DNA of 64,000 nucleotides from Candidatus Harrisonbacteria bacterium (GCA_023244835.1 JAHFLN010000001.1:4912-68911); one strand, 5' to 3'. Counted from the stretch's first letter, positions 9,708 through 20,030 are shown. Numbers and translations: made by a program. Notes: generated by a model from the letters alone, not told the origin.

Positions 9708-9959
9708 TTATTCGGCCTTGCCGACGATTATCCAGCGCTTCTCTTTTGACATCGGGCGCGTGGCGTGGATTACGACCGCGTCTCCCGTCTTATATTCGTT
9801 CTTCTCGTCATGCGCCTTGAATCTGGAGTGGACGGTGTATTGCTTCAGATACTTGGGGTGGCGTTTCGTTTCCGAAACCTCGACGACGCGGGTCTTCATC
9901 ATCTTGTCGGAGACGACGATGCCCTGCCGCTTGCGTACGTTTATCGCTTTCTTTTCCAT
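9708..9959 (-). CDS. rpsQ: 30S ribosomal protein S17
   Basis: GIVVSDKMMKT, HPKY, TRPMSKEKRW. Confidence 0.98.
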   Translation of the reverse strand: MEKKAINVRKRQGIVVSDKMMKTRVVEVSETKRHPKYLKQYTVHSRFKAHDEKNEYKTGDAVVIHATRPMSKEKRWIIVGKAE

Positions 9960-9964
9960 GATAT

Positions 9965-10171
9965 TTATTTCTTTGCCGGGGCGAGCGCTTTTCGGGCGGT
10001 GAGTATCCGGGCGATATCTTTCTTCATCGTCCGTATTCCCTTTATATTCTTGACTTTTCCCGACATCAAATCGATCTTAGATTGCCATAATTTTTCGCGA
10101 AATTCAAGGGCGAGCTTTGCGAGCTCCGCATCTGTCTTCCCTTTGAAATTTTCCTTAGCTTGCTTTGCCAT
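9965..10171 (-). CDS. rpmC: 50S ribosomal protein L29
   Basis: KKDIARILT; position between rplP and rpsQ. Confidence 0.93.
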   Translation of the reverse strand: MAKQAKENFKGKTDAELAKLALEFREKLWQSKIDLMSGKVKNIKGIRTMKKDIARILTARKALAPAKK

Positions 10172-10175
10172 ATGG

Positions 10176-10592
10176 TTATTCGAATTTGGATATCATCTTG
10201 GTCTTTACCGGCAGCTTGTGCCCAGCGAGACGCAAGGCTTCTTTCGCGACTGTGGCCGATACGCCATCCATCTCGAACAGAACTCTGCCTTTCCTGACCG
10301 GGAAGACGTAAAATTCCGGATTTCCCTTACCGCCACCCATCGTAATGTCCGTCGGGCGCGAGGTAACCGGCTTGTCGGGGAATATGCGGATCCAGATCTT
10401 TCCCTCGCGCTTCACGAAGTTCGTGAGCGCCCTCCGTGCCGCTTCGATATGGCGCGATGAAATCCACGCAACGCCTTCGGAGCGCAGTCCATATGAGCCA
10501 TAGGAAAGCGTGAGTCCGCGCGTCTCAACCGTGCGCTTCCTCGACCGTCCTTTTTGCCACTTCCTGTGTTTTACTTTCTTAGGCAGTAACAT
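10176..10592 (-). CDS. rplP: 50S ribosomal protein L16
   Basis: [23 protein letters not shown]. Confidence 0.99.
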   Translation of the reverse strand: MLLPKKVKHRKWQKGRSRKRTVETRGLTLSYGSYGLRSEGVAWISSRHIEAARRALTNFVKREGKIWIRIFPDKPVTSRPTDITMGGGKGNPEFYVFPVRKGRVLFEMDGVSATVAKEALRLAGHKLPVKTKMISKFE

Positions 10593-10602
10593 GTCGTTTT
10601 TT

Positions 10603-11301
10603 TTAGGCGTTTTCCTTATTAGCCGCGATATCCGTTTCGAATACGTCTCCTTTATAGATCATGACCTTGATGCCGACCGTTCCGTAGGTCGTGAAGGCGG
10701 TATTTTCGCTGTAATCGATGTTCGCCCGCAGGGTCTGGAGCGGCAAGCGTCCCTTCGCGAGCCACTGGCGGCGGGCGATTTCCGCTCCGTCGATGCGGCC
10801 CGAGAATTGGATGCGCGCGCCAAGCACCCCCTTATTCATCATGATCGCCTCCAGCTGCTTTTTCATGGTGCGGCGCGAGGGCATGCGCTTTTCGAGATCG
10901 GCCGCGATATTCTGGCCGACGATTGCCGCTGAAATGTCGAAGCGGCGGAGTTCGTCTATCGTAAGGCTGACTGAGAATGACGGCTTTACCGCTTTTCGCG
11001 CGCGGAAGAGCTTTGTGAGCGCGTCTTCGAGGGCCTTATGGAGCAATTCGATACCTTTGCCTCCCCGGCCGATGATGAAGCCCGGCCGCGCCGCCTTAAT
11101 GACGATGCGGTAGTTGTTGTTCATCGTGCGTTCGATGTCGATGCGGATGATTCCTGCCGCGGCGATTTTATCCTCGATAATCGTGCGCAATAATAAATCC
11201 TCTTCAAGCTGGTTCCTGAAGCTCTTCTTGGCGAACCATCTCGACTTCCACGTTTCGATGATTCCCAAACGCAATGAATCCGGTCTGATCTTGTGTCCCA
11301 T
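10603..11301 (-). CDS. rpsC: 30S ribosomal protein S3
   Basis: [28 protein letters not shown]. Confidence 0.99.
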   Translation of the reverse strand: MGHKIRPDSLRLGIIETWKSRWFAKKSFRNQLEEDLLLRTIIEDKIAAAGIIRIDIERTMNNNYRIVIKAARPGFIIGRGGKGIELLHKALEDALTKLFRARKAVKPSFSVSLTIDELRRFDISAAIVGQNIAADLEKRMPSRRTMKKQLEAIMMNKGVLGARIQFSGRIDGAEIARRQWLAKGRLPLQTLRANIDYSENTAFTTYGTVGIKVMIYKGDVFETDIAANKENA

Positions 11302-11308
11302 ATATGTA

Positions 11309-11821
11309 TTATCCTGATTTACGCCTAAAAACGCGGCGCATGAATCCGGGGTCTTCCGAGGATTTCTTATCCGGCTTTTCCGCGGGCTTCGCCTTGCCCT
11401 TCGGGGCGCCCGGAACTCTTGCTTTCTTTTCTTTCGATTCCTTTTTCTCGCGCGGGATCATTACGAAGCGAGCGGGCTTCATATCTTTTTCCGATTCCGC
11501 GAGGATGATCGAGATGTGGCTCGTCATTTTGTGGATCGGCGAGGCGCTTCCTTTCGCGCGCGGGAGCGAGCGCTTCATCGTCGGTCCCTGGTCGACGCGG
11601 ATTGCCGCAACGCGGAGCTTTCCCATAACCATCTTCAATTCATTCGCGTTTGCCATCGCTGAGCGGAGCAATTTCAAGATTGCCGGCGCGGCGCGCTTCT
11701 TCATCATCATAAGTTGGGCTTCGGCTTCGGTTGTGGCCAAGCCGCGCACGACGTCGATAACGAGGCGCACCTTACGAGGCGCCATATGGAGATGATTCAA
11801 TTGTGCCTGCGCGTTTTTCAT
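11309..11821 (-). CDS. rplV: 50S ribosomal protein L22 with Lys-rich C-terminal extension
   Basis: APRKVRLV, PRAKGSA, TSHI. Confidence 0.97.
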   Translation of the reverse strand: MKNAQAQLNHLHMAPRKVRLVIDVVRGLATTEAEAQLMMMKKRAAPAILKLLRSAMANANELKMVMGKLRVAAIRVDQGPTMKRSLPRAKGSASPIHKMTSHISIILAESEKDMKPARFVMIPREKKESKEKKARVPGAPKGKAKPAEKPDKKSSEDPGFMRRVFRRKSG

Positions 11822-11823
11822 GG

Positions 11824-12138
11824 TTATTTCTTGGCTGCCGGGGCGGCTGCGGGAGCGCCTTTCTCTATATCGCGCTGCATCTTGCCGCCGTGTTTCGTGA
11901 ATTTCCGGGTCGGCGAGAATTCGCCCAGGCGATGGCCGACCATTTCCTCCTTCACGGAAACCGCGGTGAACTGCTTTCCGTTATGAACGCCTATCGTAAT
12001 GCCGACCATTTCCGGCGAGATCTCGGAATCGCGCGACCAGGTCTTAATTCCTTCGGTTGCTCCACTCGCCTTCAATGCGGCCACCTTCTTCAGGAGCTTC
12101 GGGTCGATCCACGGGCCTTTTTTAGAACTTCTGGACAT
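11824..12138 (-). CDS. rpsS: 30S ribosomal protein S19
   Basis: [25 protein letters not shown]. Confidence 0.99.
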   Translation of the reverse strand: MSRSSKKGPWIDPKLLKKVAALKASGATEGIKTWSRDSEISPEMVGITIGVHNGKQFTAVSVKEEMVGHRLGEFSPTRKFTKHGGKMQRDIEKGAPAAAPAAKK

Positions 12139-12147
12139 ATATATGTA

Positions 12148-12984
12148 TTACCGGACTTTCGGACGGCGGCGGAGAATCAGCGGGTTCGACCACTTCTTCG
12201 GACTGCGTGTCTTTTTGCCGCCGGTTATGTTTCCCCACTTATCCTTCGGGCGGCGCGTGCCGCGCGGCTGGCGCCCTTCACCGCCTCCGTAGGGGTGATC
12301 GCAGGGGTTCATCGCGCTTCCGCGCACCGTGGGCCTTATACCCATCCAGCGGGACCTGCCTGCCTTCCCGAAATTCGTGAGGCTCCAGTCGGGATTCGAA
12401 ACCTGTCCTATCGTCGCGAGTGACGTCCAGAGGATGCGACGCACTTCTTTCGAGGGCATCTTAAGCGTGGTGTAACCGGCATCGTGACCTAATACTTCCG
12501 CCGCGGATCCCGCCGAGCGGATGAGCTTTCCTCCCGCACCGCGCTGCATCTCGATATTATGCACCTGCGAGCCAACCAGTATGTTCTTTAGGGGCATACG
12601 GTTGCCGGGCGCGAGCGCCACGGTTTCAGAGGTGAGTATTACGTCGCCTTTCTTCATGCCTTCCGGCGCCAAGATATAGCGGCGTTCGCCGTCTTTGTAA
12701 ACAACGAGGGCGATGAATGCGGTGCGGTAAGGGTCGTATTCGAGCGTTTCGACGCGACCGGGAATATCGAACTTGTCTTGCTTGAAATCGACCATGCGGT
12801 AGGTTTTTCTATTACCTCCTCCCTGGTGGCGCATGGTTATGATGCCGCGGTGGTTGCGCGCCGCCTTGTTCTTCAAGTGCTTCGTGAGCGGCTTATGCGG
12901 AACGTTTGTCGTGATGCACGAATAATCTATCGTCTTCATCTGACGACGGCTCGCGCTTGTGGGTTTGTAGGTCTTGATCGGCAT
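12148..12984 (-). CDS. rplB: 50S ribosomal protein L2
   Basis: EYDPYRTA, VRGSAMNPCDHPYGGGEG. Confidence 0.99.
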   Translation of the reverse strand: MPIKTYKPTSASRRQMKTIDYSCITTNVPHKPLTKHLKNKAARNHRGIITMRHQGGGNRKTYRMVDFKQDKFDIPGRVETLEYDPYRTAFIALVVYKDGERRYILAPEGMKKGDVILTSETVALAPGNRMPLKNILVGSQVHNIEMQRGAGGKLIRSAGSAAEVLGHDAGYTTLKMPSKEVRRILWTSLATIGQVSNPDWSLTNFGKAGRSRWMGIRPTVRGSAMNPCDHPYGGGEGRQPRGTRRPKDKWGNITGGKKTRSPKKWSNPLILRRRPKVR

Positions 12985-12995
12985 GGGCGTGTCTC

Positions 12996-13277
12996 TTATT
13001 GCGGCATTATATCGAGTTTTTCGCCTTTCTTCAAGGTAACGATCGCCTTCTTGAAGCCGTGTTTTACGCCCATGATCTTGCCCCTGCGCCTTTCTTTCGG
13101 ACGCACGTTCATGACATGCACGGCGGTTACCGTGACCTTATATTCCTTTTCCACGATCTTTTTTACCTCTGACTTGTTCGCATCGCTTCCCACAAGGAAG
13201 GTGTATTTGCCGTTTGCGGTCGCCAAGCCAGCCTTTTCGGTGATATACGGGCGTTTTACGAGGAATTTATCAGTCAT
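12996..13277 (-). CDS. rplW: 50S ribosomal protein L23
   Basis: PYITEKA, KKAIVTL. Confidence 0.97.
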   Translation of the reverse strand: MTDKFLVKRPYITEKAGLATANGKYTFLVGSDANKSEVKKIVEKEYKVTVTAVHVMNVRPKERRRGKIMGVKHGFKKAIVTLKKGEKLDIMPQ

Positions 13278-13286
13278 GGCAGTATT

Positions 13287-13880
13287 TTATGAAATCGCCT
13301 GGACGGCTTTCTGATCGATCAGAACGCTTTTGAATTTAAGCACATCCTCGACGTTTAAGGAGCGGACGTCGAGCGCCTTTATCTTTTGCATGTTTGCCGA
13401 TGCGCGGAAGATATCCTTGTTTCCCATCGCCGGGACAAGGAGAGTGCTCTGTTTTACCCAGCGCAATTCGCGGGTCTTGGGTTCTTTAAGATCCATAGTA
13501 TCGATTACGCGGAGCTCGCCGTCCGCGAGTTTACGGGACAAGGCGACATAGAGCGCCGCTTTAACCATCTTCTTATTAACTTTCTGCGAAAAATCGCGAT
13601 CTTTGCGAGGGCCGAATGTCGCGCCGCCGCCTTTCCAGAGCGGAGAGCGAGTCGAGCCATGTCGTGCGCGGCCGGTTCCTTTTTGCCGCCATGGCTTCTT
13701 GCCGCCGCCCGATACTTCGTCGCGCTGCTTCGTGTGCGCTAGGGGCTGCCTGCGGTTCGCGGCGATTGCGACAACAACCTGGTGGATCAAGTCGGAGTTC
13801 CATGGGCGGCTGAAAATCGCGTCGGATGCCTCGACTTCGCCAACCGTCTCGTTCTTCTTGTTATATACCGCGAGTTTCAT
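13287..13880 (-). CDS. rplD: 50S ribosomal protein L4
   Basis: KPWRQKGTGRARHG, GGGATFGP; start moved to MKLAVY. Confidence 0.98.
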   Translation of the reverse strand: MKLAVYNKKNETVGEVEASDAIFSRPWNSDLIHQVVVAIAANRRQPLAHTKQRDEVSGGGKKPWRQKGTGRARHGSTRSPLWKGGGATFGPRKDRDFSQKVNKKMVKAALYVALSRKLADGELRVIDTMDLKEPKTRELRWVKQSTLLVPAMGNKDIFRASANMQKIKALDVRSLNVEDVLKFKSVLIDQKAVQAIS

Positions 13881-13884
13881 GATG

Positions 13885-14307
13885 TTATGAGGAAATTTCG
13901 ACAGATCCTTTCCGAGGGCCGGGCACGGCGCCGCGGATGGAAACTTCGCGCGTTTCGGCATTTACCGCGACCACTTTCAAGCCTTTCACGGTTTTCCGGA
14001 TAACGCCCATGTGGCCTGCCATGCGCAAGCCGGGAATGACGCGCTGCGCGGCCGTGTTTCCGATCGAGCCCGGGGCGCGGAAACGGTTCTTTTGACCGTG
14101 GGTTTTCGGGCCGCCGCCGAAATTATGGCGCTTCACCACGCCGGCGAAACCATGGCCCTTCGTGGTGCCGGTTACGGCAACGAGCGAATCTTCGGCGATC
14201 GTTGAAATATCGCCCGCTTCGTCGAGTTTCACGAGGGTTACAGGAATGACAACGTCGCCTTTCCAGACCTGCGTCATTTTCAGTTTCTTTCCGGTTAATC
14301 TAGCCAT
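13885..14307 (-). CDS. rplC: 50S ribosomal protein L3 (internally shortened, 140 aa)
   Basis: GKKLKMTQ, TKGHGFAGVVKRH, RAPGSIG, MAGHMG, GAVPG. Confidence 0.95.
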   Translation of the reverse strand: MARLTGKKLKMTQVWKGDVVIPVTLVKLDEAGDISTIAEDSLVAVTGTTKGHGFAGVVKRHNFGGGPKTHGQKNRFRAPGSIGNTAAQRVIPGLRMAGHMGVIRKTVKGLKVVAVNAETREVSIRGAVPGPRKGSVEISS

Positions 14308-14455
14308 ATGCGACTATCGTGAAAACAGTTTTTTAATAATAGAGTATCCGACTGCTTTTTGCAAGGAGTATTGCCATATCAAGCGTCCCGTGGCATACTG
14401 GCTCCGCGTCAGGTCTTCGAAAATCTACCATCTCCTAATCAGAAAGGAGGCTCGC

Positions 14456-15157
14456 ATGCCTTCTCAATCGAATCCGTCGCAACGGATTCTCATGGTTCAT
14501 GCCTATGGATTCCGCGATGCCGCGCATCTTGGCGCGCTTACGCTCGCCGTGTGCAGGAAAGTCTTGAAGCATGCCGACGATTATGACCGGATCATCCTTT
14601 TGGGCGGCTGGGACACGAAAGGAAAGCCTGCCCGCCCGACTTCAGCCGAACTCATGGCTATATGGCTTATCGAGCATGGCGTCTCTCCGAACAAGCTCGT
14701 CGGCCAAATCACTGCGGGAGAGCGTTCCCGAAACCGACGGCCTGCGCGCGACACCATCGAAGAAGCAGATTTGGCGGGGATCATTCTCCGGGATCTCTAC
14801 CCTGGCGCGCATTTGCAGGAAATCCGCTTCGATGCCGTAGGCGCTTGGTTCCATGCGCCGCGCATCAAGATAATTTGGTGGAAACGAACCCCGCGTCTCG
14901 GGCGATTCCTGCATGCGTTCTCGTGGCGCATGCTCCTGCCCGACATGTGGTGGCGGATGTTCGAGGAGATTCCCGGCATCTGGCTTACTCGGCGCGATCC
15001 GCTCGGTACGGGAGATTTCTTCCGATGGTTGCGTCGTGGACGAACGCATGAGCATGTCATGAGTGAATATTCCGCGAATACCATCGATGCGTGGTATCCC
15101 GAACGATCCGTTTTCGATCGGCCTGCGGCATGCACGAGCCTGCCCGCATCGGAATGA
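14456..15157 (+). CDS. YdcF/DUF218 (ElyC/SanA-like) protein
   Basis: AAAGGAGG SD before MPSQ; IILLGG, SAELMA..L...GV, DTIEEA and FHAPRI match the DUF218 pattern. Confidence 0.65.
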   Translation: MPSQSNPSQRILMVHAYGFRDAAHLGALTLAVCRKVLKHADDYDRIILLGGWDTKGKPARPTSAELMAIWLIEHGVSPNKLVGQITAGERSRNRRPARDTIEEADLAGIILRDLYPGAHLQEIRFDAVGAWFHAPRIKIIWWKRTPRLGRFLHAFSWRMLLPDMWWRMFEEIPGIWLTRRDPLGTGDFFRWLRRGRTHEHVMSEYSANTIDAWYPERSVFDRPAACTSLPASE

Positions 15158-15323
15158 CCGGCTCAATGCCCTCATTCCAGCTCTTTCGCGTTTTCTCCCT
15201 TTTTTGCCGTCTTGTCCTCATTAGGATCGGACGGCATTTGATTTTATATTCGATATGTGGCATACTAGGCGCAGCTCGAGTAGGCATATCGCCCGCTCAC
15301 CAACTTGAACAAGGAGACCGCCC

Positions 15324-15698
15324 GTGCTTAAGCGATTCGTGATCTTCATGCTTTTGAATGCCGAGGGACTTCCCCGCGGCGGCGGAGGCTGCAAAGACTT
15401 CATGATGACTGATGATGGCAAAAACATTGCTTCGTGGGATAGTCAGGATGAGGCCATTGAGGCCCTTCGAACGCGATTCCCTCTTCGATGCAATGTCGCG
15501 CAAGTGTGCGACACGAATGATAATTCTTTCGTTGAGCTTCTGCTGAAACGTGTTTGGGAGCTTCCCGAGACGCCGAAGTCGCAGCAGCAGCAACGAGGAG
15601 GAGGCGACCAGTCACGCAGCGATCGAGAACGGCCGCAACAGCAGCACTCTTCGAACCCTCCGCCTCCGAAAGGCGATGGCGGCGGCCCTTCGAAGTAA
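15324..15698 (+). CDS. hypothetical protein with Q/P/G-rich tail
   Basis: GTG start with AAGGAG SD; terminator at 15731-15756. Confidence 0.6.
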   Translation: MLKRFVIFMLLNAEGLPRGGGGCKDFMMTDDGKNIASWDSQDEAIEALRTRFPLRCNVAQVCDTNDNSFVELLLKRVWELPETPKSQQQQRGGGDQSRSDRERPQQQHSSNPPPPKGDGGGPSK

Positions 15699-15730
15699 TT
15701 TTCTTGCGATAGACGCATCCTTCACCCTCC

Positions 15731-15788
15731 CTCGCCCTTTCCGGGCGAGTTTTTTTGTATGAAAAAACCGCCTTTCGGCGGTTCTTTC
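15731..15788. terminator. back-to-back terminators for the ORFan (+) and rpsJ (-)
   Basis: CTCGCCC-tttcc-GGGCGAG T-run; A-run ACCGCC-tttc-GGCGGT. Confidence 0.65.
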
Positions 15789-15789
15789 A

Positions 15790-16116
15790 TTACATCATCT
15801 TTATCTCAATATCGACGCCCGCGGGCAGGTTGAGCTTGGAAAGCGCTTCAACGATGCCCGGCGTGATATTGAATATATCTATCAGCCGCTTGTGCACGCG
15901 GAGCTCGAATTGCTCGCGCGAGTTCTTATGGACGAAGGTCGAACGGTTCACCGTATACTTGTGAATCTCCGTCGGGAGCGGGATCGGCCCCATCACCTCG
16001 ACGTCATATCGTCTCGCGGTTTCAACGATCTGGCGCGCCGAGCTGTCGATCAGCTTGTGATCGTACGCCTTGATGCGGAGGCGGAGCTTCTCTACTTTCG
16101 GCTTTTCCTTGACCAT
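15790..16116 (-). CDS. rpsJ: 30S ribosomal protein S10
   Basis: [32 protein letters not shown]. Confidence 0.99.
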   Translation of the reverse strand: MVKEKPKVEKLRLRIKAYDHKLIDSSARQIVETARRYDVEVMGPIPLPTEIHKYTVNRSTFVHKNSREQFELRVHKRLIDIFNITPGIVEALSKLNLPAGVDIEIKMM

Positions 16117-16143
16117 AATGACTGAAAGAGCTTGGTTAGCGGA

Positions 16144-17343
16144 CTATTTATTTATCTTCGTCACGACGCCCGCTCCTACGGTCTTGCCGCCTTCGCGGAT
16201 CGCGAAGCGCTGCTTTTCCTCGAGCGCGACCGCCATAATAAGCTTGACGTTGATCTTGATCGTGTCGCCCGGCATGACCATTTCTGTTCCTTCCGGCAGG
16301 ATCACCTCGCCTGTTACGTCCGTCGTTCTCATGTAGAACTGGGGTTTATATCCCTTGAAGAACGGGGTGTGACGGCCGCCTTCCTCCTTGCTCAATACGT
16401 AGACCTCGCACTCGAAGTCGGTGTGCGGCGAGACGGAGCCGGGCTTCGCGAGCACCTGGCCGCGCTCCACGTCCTCCTTCTTCAAGCCGCGGACCAAGAT
16501 GCCGACGTTGTCGCCCGCGCGACCCTCGTCCAAGAGCTTGTTGAACATTTCGATGCCGGTTACGACGGTCTTCTGGCTCGGGCGAAGACCGATGATTTCG
16601 ACTTCCTCGTTGACTTTCACGATACCGCGCTCGATACGGCCGGTTACGACCGTGCCGCGGCCTTCAATTGAGAAAATATCTTCGACGGGCATAAGGAAGG
16701 TCTTGTCGGTCTCGCGGACAGGCTCGGGGATGTACTCGTCGAGCGCTTTCACGAGATCAAGGATCGGCTGGACTGACGGGTCTTCGAGGCTCGAAGATTC
16801 AAGCGCCTTCAAGCCGGATCCGCGAATAACGGGGATCTGGTCTCCCGGGTATTCGTATTTCTTCAGCAATTCGCGGACTTCTGACTCAACGAGGTCGATG
16901 AGCTCCTTGTCGTCGACCATGTCGCACTTGTTCAAAAAGACGATGATCGAGGGAACGCCGATCTGGCGCGCAAGCAGAATGTGCTCGCGGGTCTGAGGCA
17001 TCGGGCCGTCGGTCGCTGAAACCACGAGGACCGCGCCGTCCATCTGGGCGGCTCCCGTGATCATGTTCTTGATGTAGTCTGCGTGACCCGGCGCGTCGAT
17101 GTGCGCGTAGTGCCGTTTCTCGGACTCGTATTCCGAGTGGTGGATAGAAATGGTGATTCCGCGGGCCTTTTCCTCCGGGCTCTTATCGAGCTCGTCGACG
17201 GTCAGCTCTTTGCCGGCCAAGCCCTTCATGTGGAGGACGTGGGTAATAGCGGCCGTGAGCGTGCTCTTGCCGTGGTCGACGTGACCGATCGTTCCGACGT
17301 TTACGTGCGGCTTAGACCGCTCGAATTTTGCCTTTTCTGCCAT
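16144..17343 (-). CDS. tuf: elongation factor Tu
   Basis: [28 protein letters not shown]. Confidence 0.99.
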   Translation of the reverse strand: MAEKAKFERSKPHVNVGTIGHVDHGKSTLTAAITHVLHMKGLAGKELTVDELDKSPEEKARGITISIHHSEYESEKRHYAHIDAPGHADYIKNMITGAAQMDGAVLVVSATDGPMPQTREHILLARQIGVPSIIVFLNKCDMVDDKELIDLVESEVRELLKKYEYPGDQIPVIRGSGLKALESSSLEDPSVQPILDLVKALDEYIPEPVRETDKTFLMPVEDIFSIEGRGTVVTGRIERGIVKVNEEVEIIGLRPSQKTVVTGIEMFNKLLDEGRAGDNVGILVRGLKKEDVERGQVLAKPGSVSPHTDFECEVYVLSKEEGGRHTPFFKGYKPQFYMRTTDVTGEVILPEGTEMVMPGDTIKINVKLIMAVALEEKQRFAIREGGKTVGAGVVTKINK

Positions 17344-17438
17344 GTGTGCTGTTTTTTTACCTCTTATTTATATATGTTCTTTTTTCGACGAAAGTAACGA
17401 TAAGCATACCAATCGCCATGGGGACTGTCAATACGATA

Positions 17439-18443
17439 TTAGTACGCTTCCGGAACCCCGTTTTTAATGCGTTTCAGCACTAGATCTCGGACGCTCGTTC
17501 CGTTCCCGTCGAACATACCCGAGCCGTCGATTCCCTCCTTCGTGCAGGCATAGTCGCCCTTACACGCGCCTGCCTTGGCGATGAGGAGTTCCGCCGACTG
17601 TTTCGAAAGCTCGTATATCGCCCCCTTGCCGATTTTGGCCATATCTCCTGGAAATGAATACGCGACTCCTTCTACCAAAGGACGGAGCGCCGGCAATTCG
17701 ACGGCGTAGGAAGAGAATACGGGCTGCGTTATGCCTAAATCCTTCAGTTTTTTCAATCCTTGCGCGAAGAAGAAGGAAATATCGGTCGAGAAAATCGCAT
17801 CGTATTCCGCTCCTTTGAGCTTTAGGAGGCCCGAGGAAATATCTTTTTCCGTGCCCGTGAATATGACTTCTTTCGCGATATGGTCCTCTCCGTACGCTTC
17901 TTTAAAACTATCCGCGAGGGTCTTTGAGAATGCGTTTTGGTAGGAAATAACGGCAACTTTCTCATATTTCAAAGTATCGTGCATCTGTCTCGCTAAGAAC
18001 GCCGCTTCGCTTTCCAGGGCATATTGCATGTCATACATATTCTCCCCGCTTTCCGCATAGAGCTTTTGCGAAGCGGCCGAAGGGACGACGGCGAGGATTT
18101 CAGCTCCCTTCATGAGTGGCGCGACTGCTTCCTGCGGCGAACCGCATGCGGGACCTATAATAAGGTTCACTTTGTCGAAATCGACTAGCTTCTTATACAC
18201 CGTTACGGCTTCTTTCGGATCGCATTTGTCATCTTCGTATATGAATTCGGCATCAGTGCCGCCGAATGACGCTTCTACCCCCTCTTTCATTTCCGCGCCG
18301 TAATCGGCGGCGATGCCCGAGAGCGGCGCGATCACGCCGATTCTGACTTTAATCCCATCCGCTTTTTTCGATGTGCGAAGTAACGCCATGTAACCGCCTA
18401 TCGCAACGACGATGATCGCGAGCCATAACCAGATGCTTTTCAT
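17439..18443 (-). CDS. LivJ/LivK-like ABC solute-binding protein, N-terminal TM anchor
   Basis: IGVIAPLSG, EDDKCDP, IIGPACGS. Confidence 0.85.
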   Translation of the reverse strand: MKSIWLWLAIIVVAIGGYMALLRTSKKADGIKVRIGVIAPLSGIAADYGAEMKEGVEASFGGTDAEFIYEDDKCDPKEAVTVYKKLVDFDKVNLIIGPACGSPQEAVAPLMKGAEILAVVPSAASQKLYAESGENMYDMQYALESEAAFLARQMHDTLKYEKVAVISYQNAFSKTLADSFKEAYGEDHIAKEVIFTGTEKDISSGLLKLKGAEYDAIFSTDISFFFAQGLKKLKDLGITQPVFSSYAVELPALRPLVEGVAYSFPGDMAKIGKGAIYELSKQSAELLIAKAGACKGDYACTKEGIDGSGMFDGNGTSVRDLVLKRIKNGVPEAY

Positions 18444-18447
18444 GGCC

Positions 18448-19521
18448 TTATTTGATTTCTTTTACGACGAACACGCCGTCCCCCCAGGCGGCATAGCCGC
18501 TTCCGTCGAAATTAATCGTGCCCGTCAGCCCTGCATAGTCCTTGACGGCGCGGATGCTGTTCGCGATTTCGTCAGATGTCTTCGCGCCTGCTTTGATCGC
18601 CGCGCCTACTAAAGACATCGCGTCATATGCCGTCTGCGTGCTTGGCGCGACCTCATCAGTCGAGCCGTACGCCTCTTTGAATTTTGCGCTCATCGCATCC
18701 GACATTGTGAAATCAACCATATAGGTTCCTGTGAGGATCGGAATGGTCGTTTCGTTGATCGTTTGTCCGCCCGGGTAGACTATGAGTGCCTTAATGCCTT
18801 GTTCCTTGGCTTTTTTTATGAATGGGATCGCCTGCGGCTGGACGAGATTTACTACGATGCTATCTGGCTTTTGCGCTTTGATTTTTGCGATCACCGTCCT
18901 AAAATCCTTCTCGTCCGGATTCGCTATATGCACGTCGTCCACGATTACTACGCCGTAGCCGGATGCAAGCTTTTTGACGTTTTCCGTAACCTTGTCCATG
19001 AAGGCGTTTGCCGTGGTTATGACAATCGCCTTCTTCATATTCCGATCTTTCGCGAATTTCAATTCCTGCTTCGCCCATCCTTCGTATGAGACGCCGAGCG
19101 AGAATACGTAGGGCTGATAGGACATATCGCTCAGGCCCGAGGGCGAGATCATCGCCACTTTCGCCTCTTTAGCTATCGGCGCGACTGCCTCGAACCATTC
19201 TGTCCATTGCGGTCCTATGATCGCAACTACCTTATCTATGCTTATGAGCTTTTGCGCGGCTGACACGCATTTCGGGATGTCCGACGCGCAGTCTTCCGAG
19301 ATAAGCCTGATATTCAGTCCGTCCGCCCGTAGTTCCTTCACGCGCAATGCGACGGCTTTCTCTTCCCCTACGCCCCACGAGCTTCCGAAGCCCGTCACGT
19401 TTGTTAACTGACCGATAACGATTTCCCTTTCTTCGGATGGGGTAATTTTTTTATCCGATAACGTAAGCCATCCACCCACTATCACCACCAGGACCGCGAG
19501 CCACAGCAAGGGATTTTTCAT
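18448..19521 (-). CDS. LivJ/LivK-like ABC solute-binding protein
   Basis: EDCASD, IIGP, DFRTVIAKIK, AYDA, GLTGTINFD. Confidence 0.88.
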   Translation of the reverse strand: MKNPLLWLAVLVVIVGGWLTLSDKKITPSEEREIVIGQLTNVTGFGSSWGVGEEKAVALRVKELRADGLNIRLISEDCASDIPKCVSAAQKLISIDKVVAIIGPQWTEWFEAVAPIAKEAKVAMISPSGLSDMSYQPYVFSLGVSYEGWAKQELKFAKDRNMKKAIVITTANAFMDKVTENVKKLASGYGVVIVDDVHIANPDEKDFRTVIAKIKAQKPDSIVVNLVQPQAIPFIKKAKEQGIKALIVYPGGQTINETTIPILTGTYMVDFTMSDAMSAKFKEAYGSTDEVAPSTQTAYDAMSLVGAAIKAGAKTSDEIANSIRAVKDYAGLTGTINFDGSGYAAWGDGVFVVKEIK

Positions 19522-19612
19522 ATCCCCATGCTAGCTTCGGCATGCATAAAAAACAAGCGGGGCGAAGGGCCCCGCTTGGTACGGAAATCCATGATTACCG
19601 ATCCTTGCATGG

Positions 19613-19948
19613 TCAGAGATGCAGGGCGAGCGCGACCAGATTATGCTCGCGGCACAGATGCGTATCGCCAATCGCCGGAGCGTTCTTGCATGTCCAGCAC
19701 ATCTCATCATCGGGGGCATCGGGAGCTGATGCGATCAGGCTTTCCGCCTCTCTCACGTCATCAGGGCTAAGGAAGGGAATCGAATAGGTATTCAAGAGCA
19801 TCAACTGCAGGAGCCGCGAAGCCGCCGCATATTGCGCCTCGAGCTGGTCCGCCCGATTGTCATCCCCGAGCCAGAACACTTCTCGATCGCCCGCTCTCCC
19901 GACAACCGTAGGAAAGCCGCTTGCGTTAGGACCTCGTTCACGACTCAT
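19613..19948 (-). CDS. hypothetical protein with C-terminal CxxC-x11-CxxH motif
   Basis: GAGGTGA SD; CWTC...CREH. Confidence 0.55.
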   Translation of the reverse strand: MSRERGPNASGFPTVVGRAGDREVFWLGDDNRADQLEAQYAAASRLLQLMLLNTYSIPFLSPDDVREAESLIASAPDAPDDEMCWTCKNAPAIGDTHLCREHNLVALALHL

Positions 19949-20030
19949 ATGTCACCTCGTTTCGGTTTCGATTGGAATACAAGGGATTTCTCCCACTGCC
20001 GGACACGATACCACGAAACCAATGCGTCGC

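Noticed and set aside
14162-14455. N-terminal extension of the 331-aa ORF, and similar upstream extensions of map, rplD, rplF, rplR, livH and the MFS gene
   Set aside because: They overlap neighbouring genes or promoters; downstream starts fit family N-termini, SD sites or stop-start coupling better
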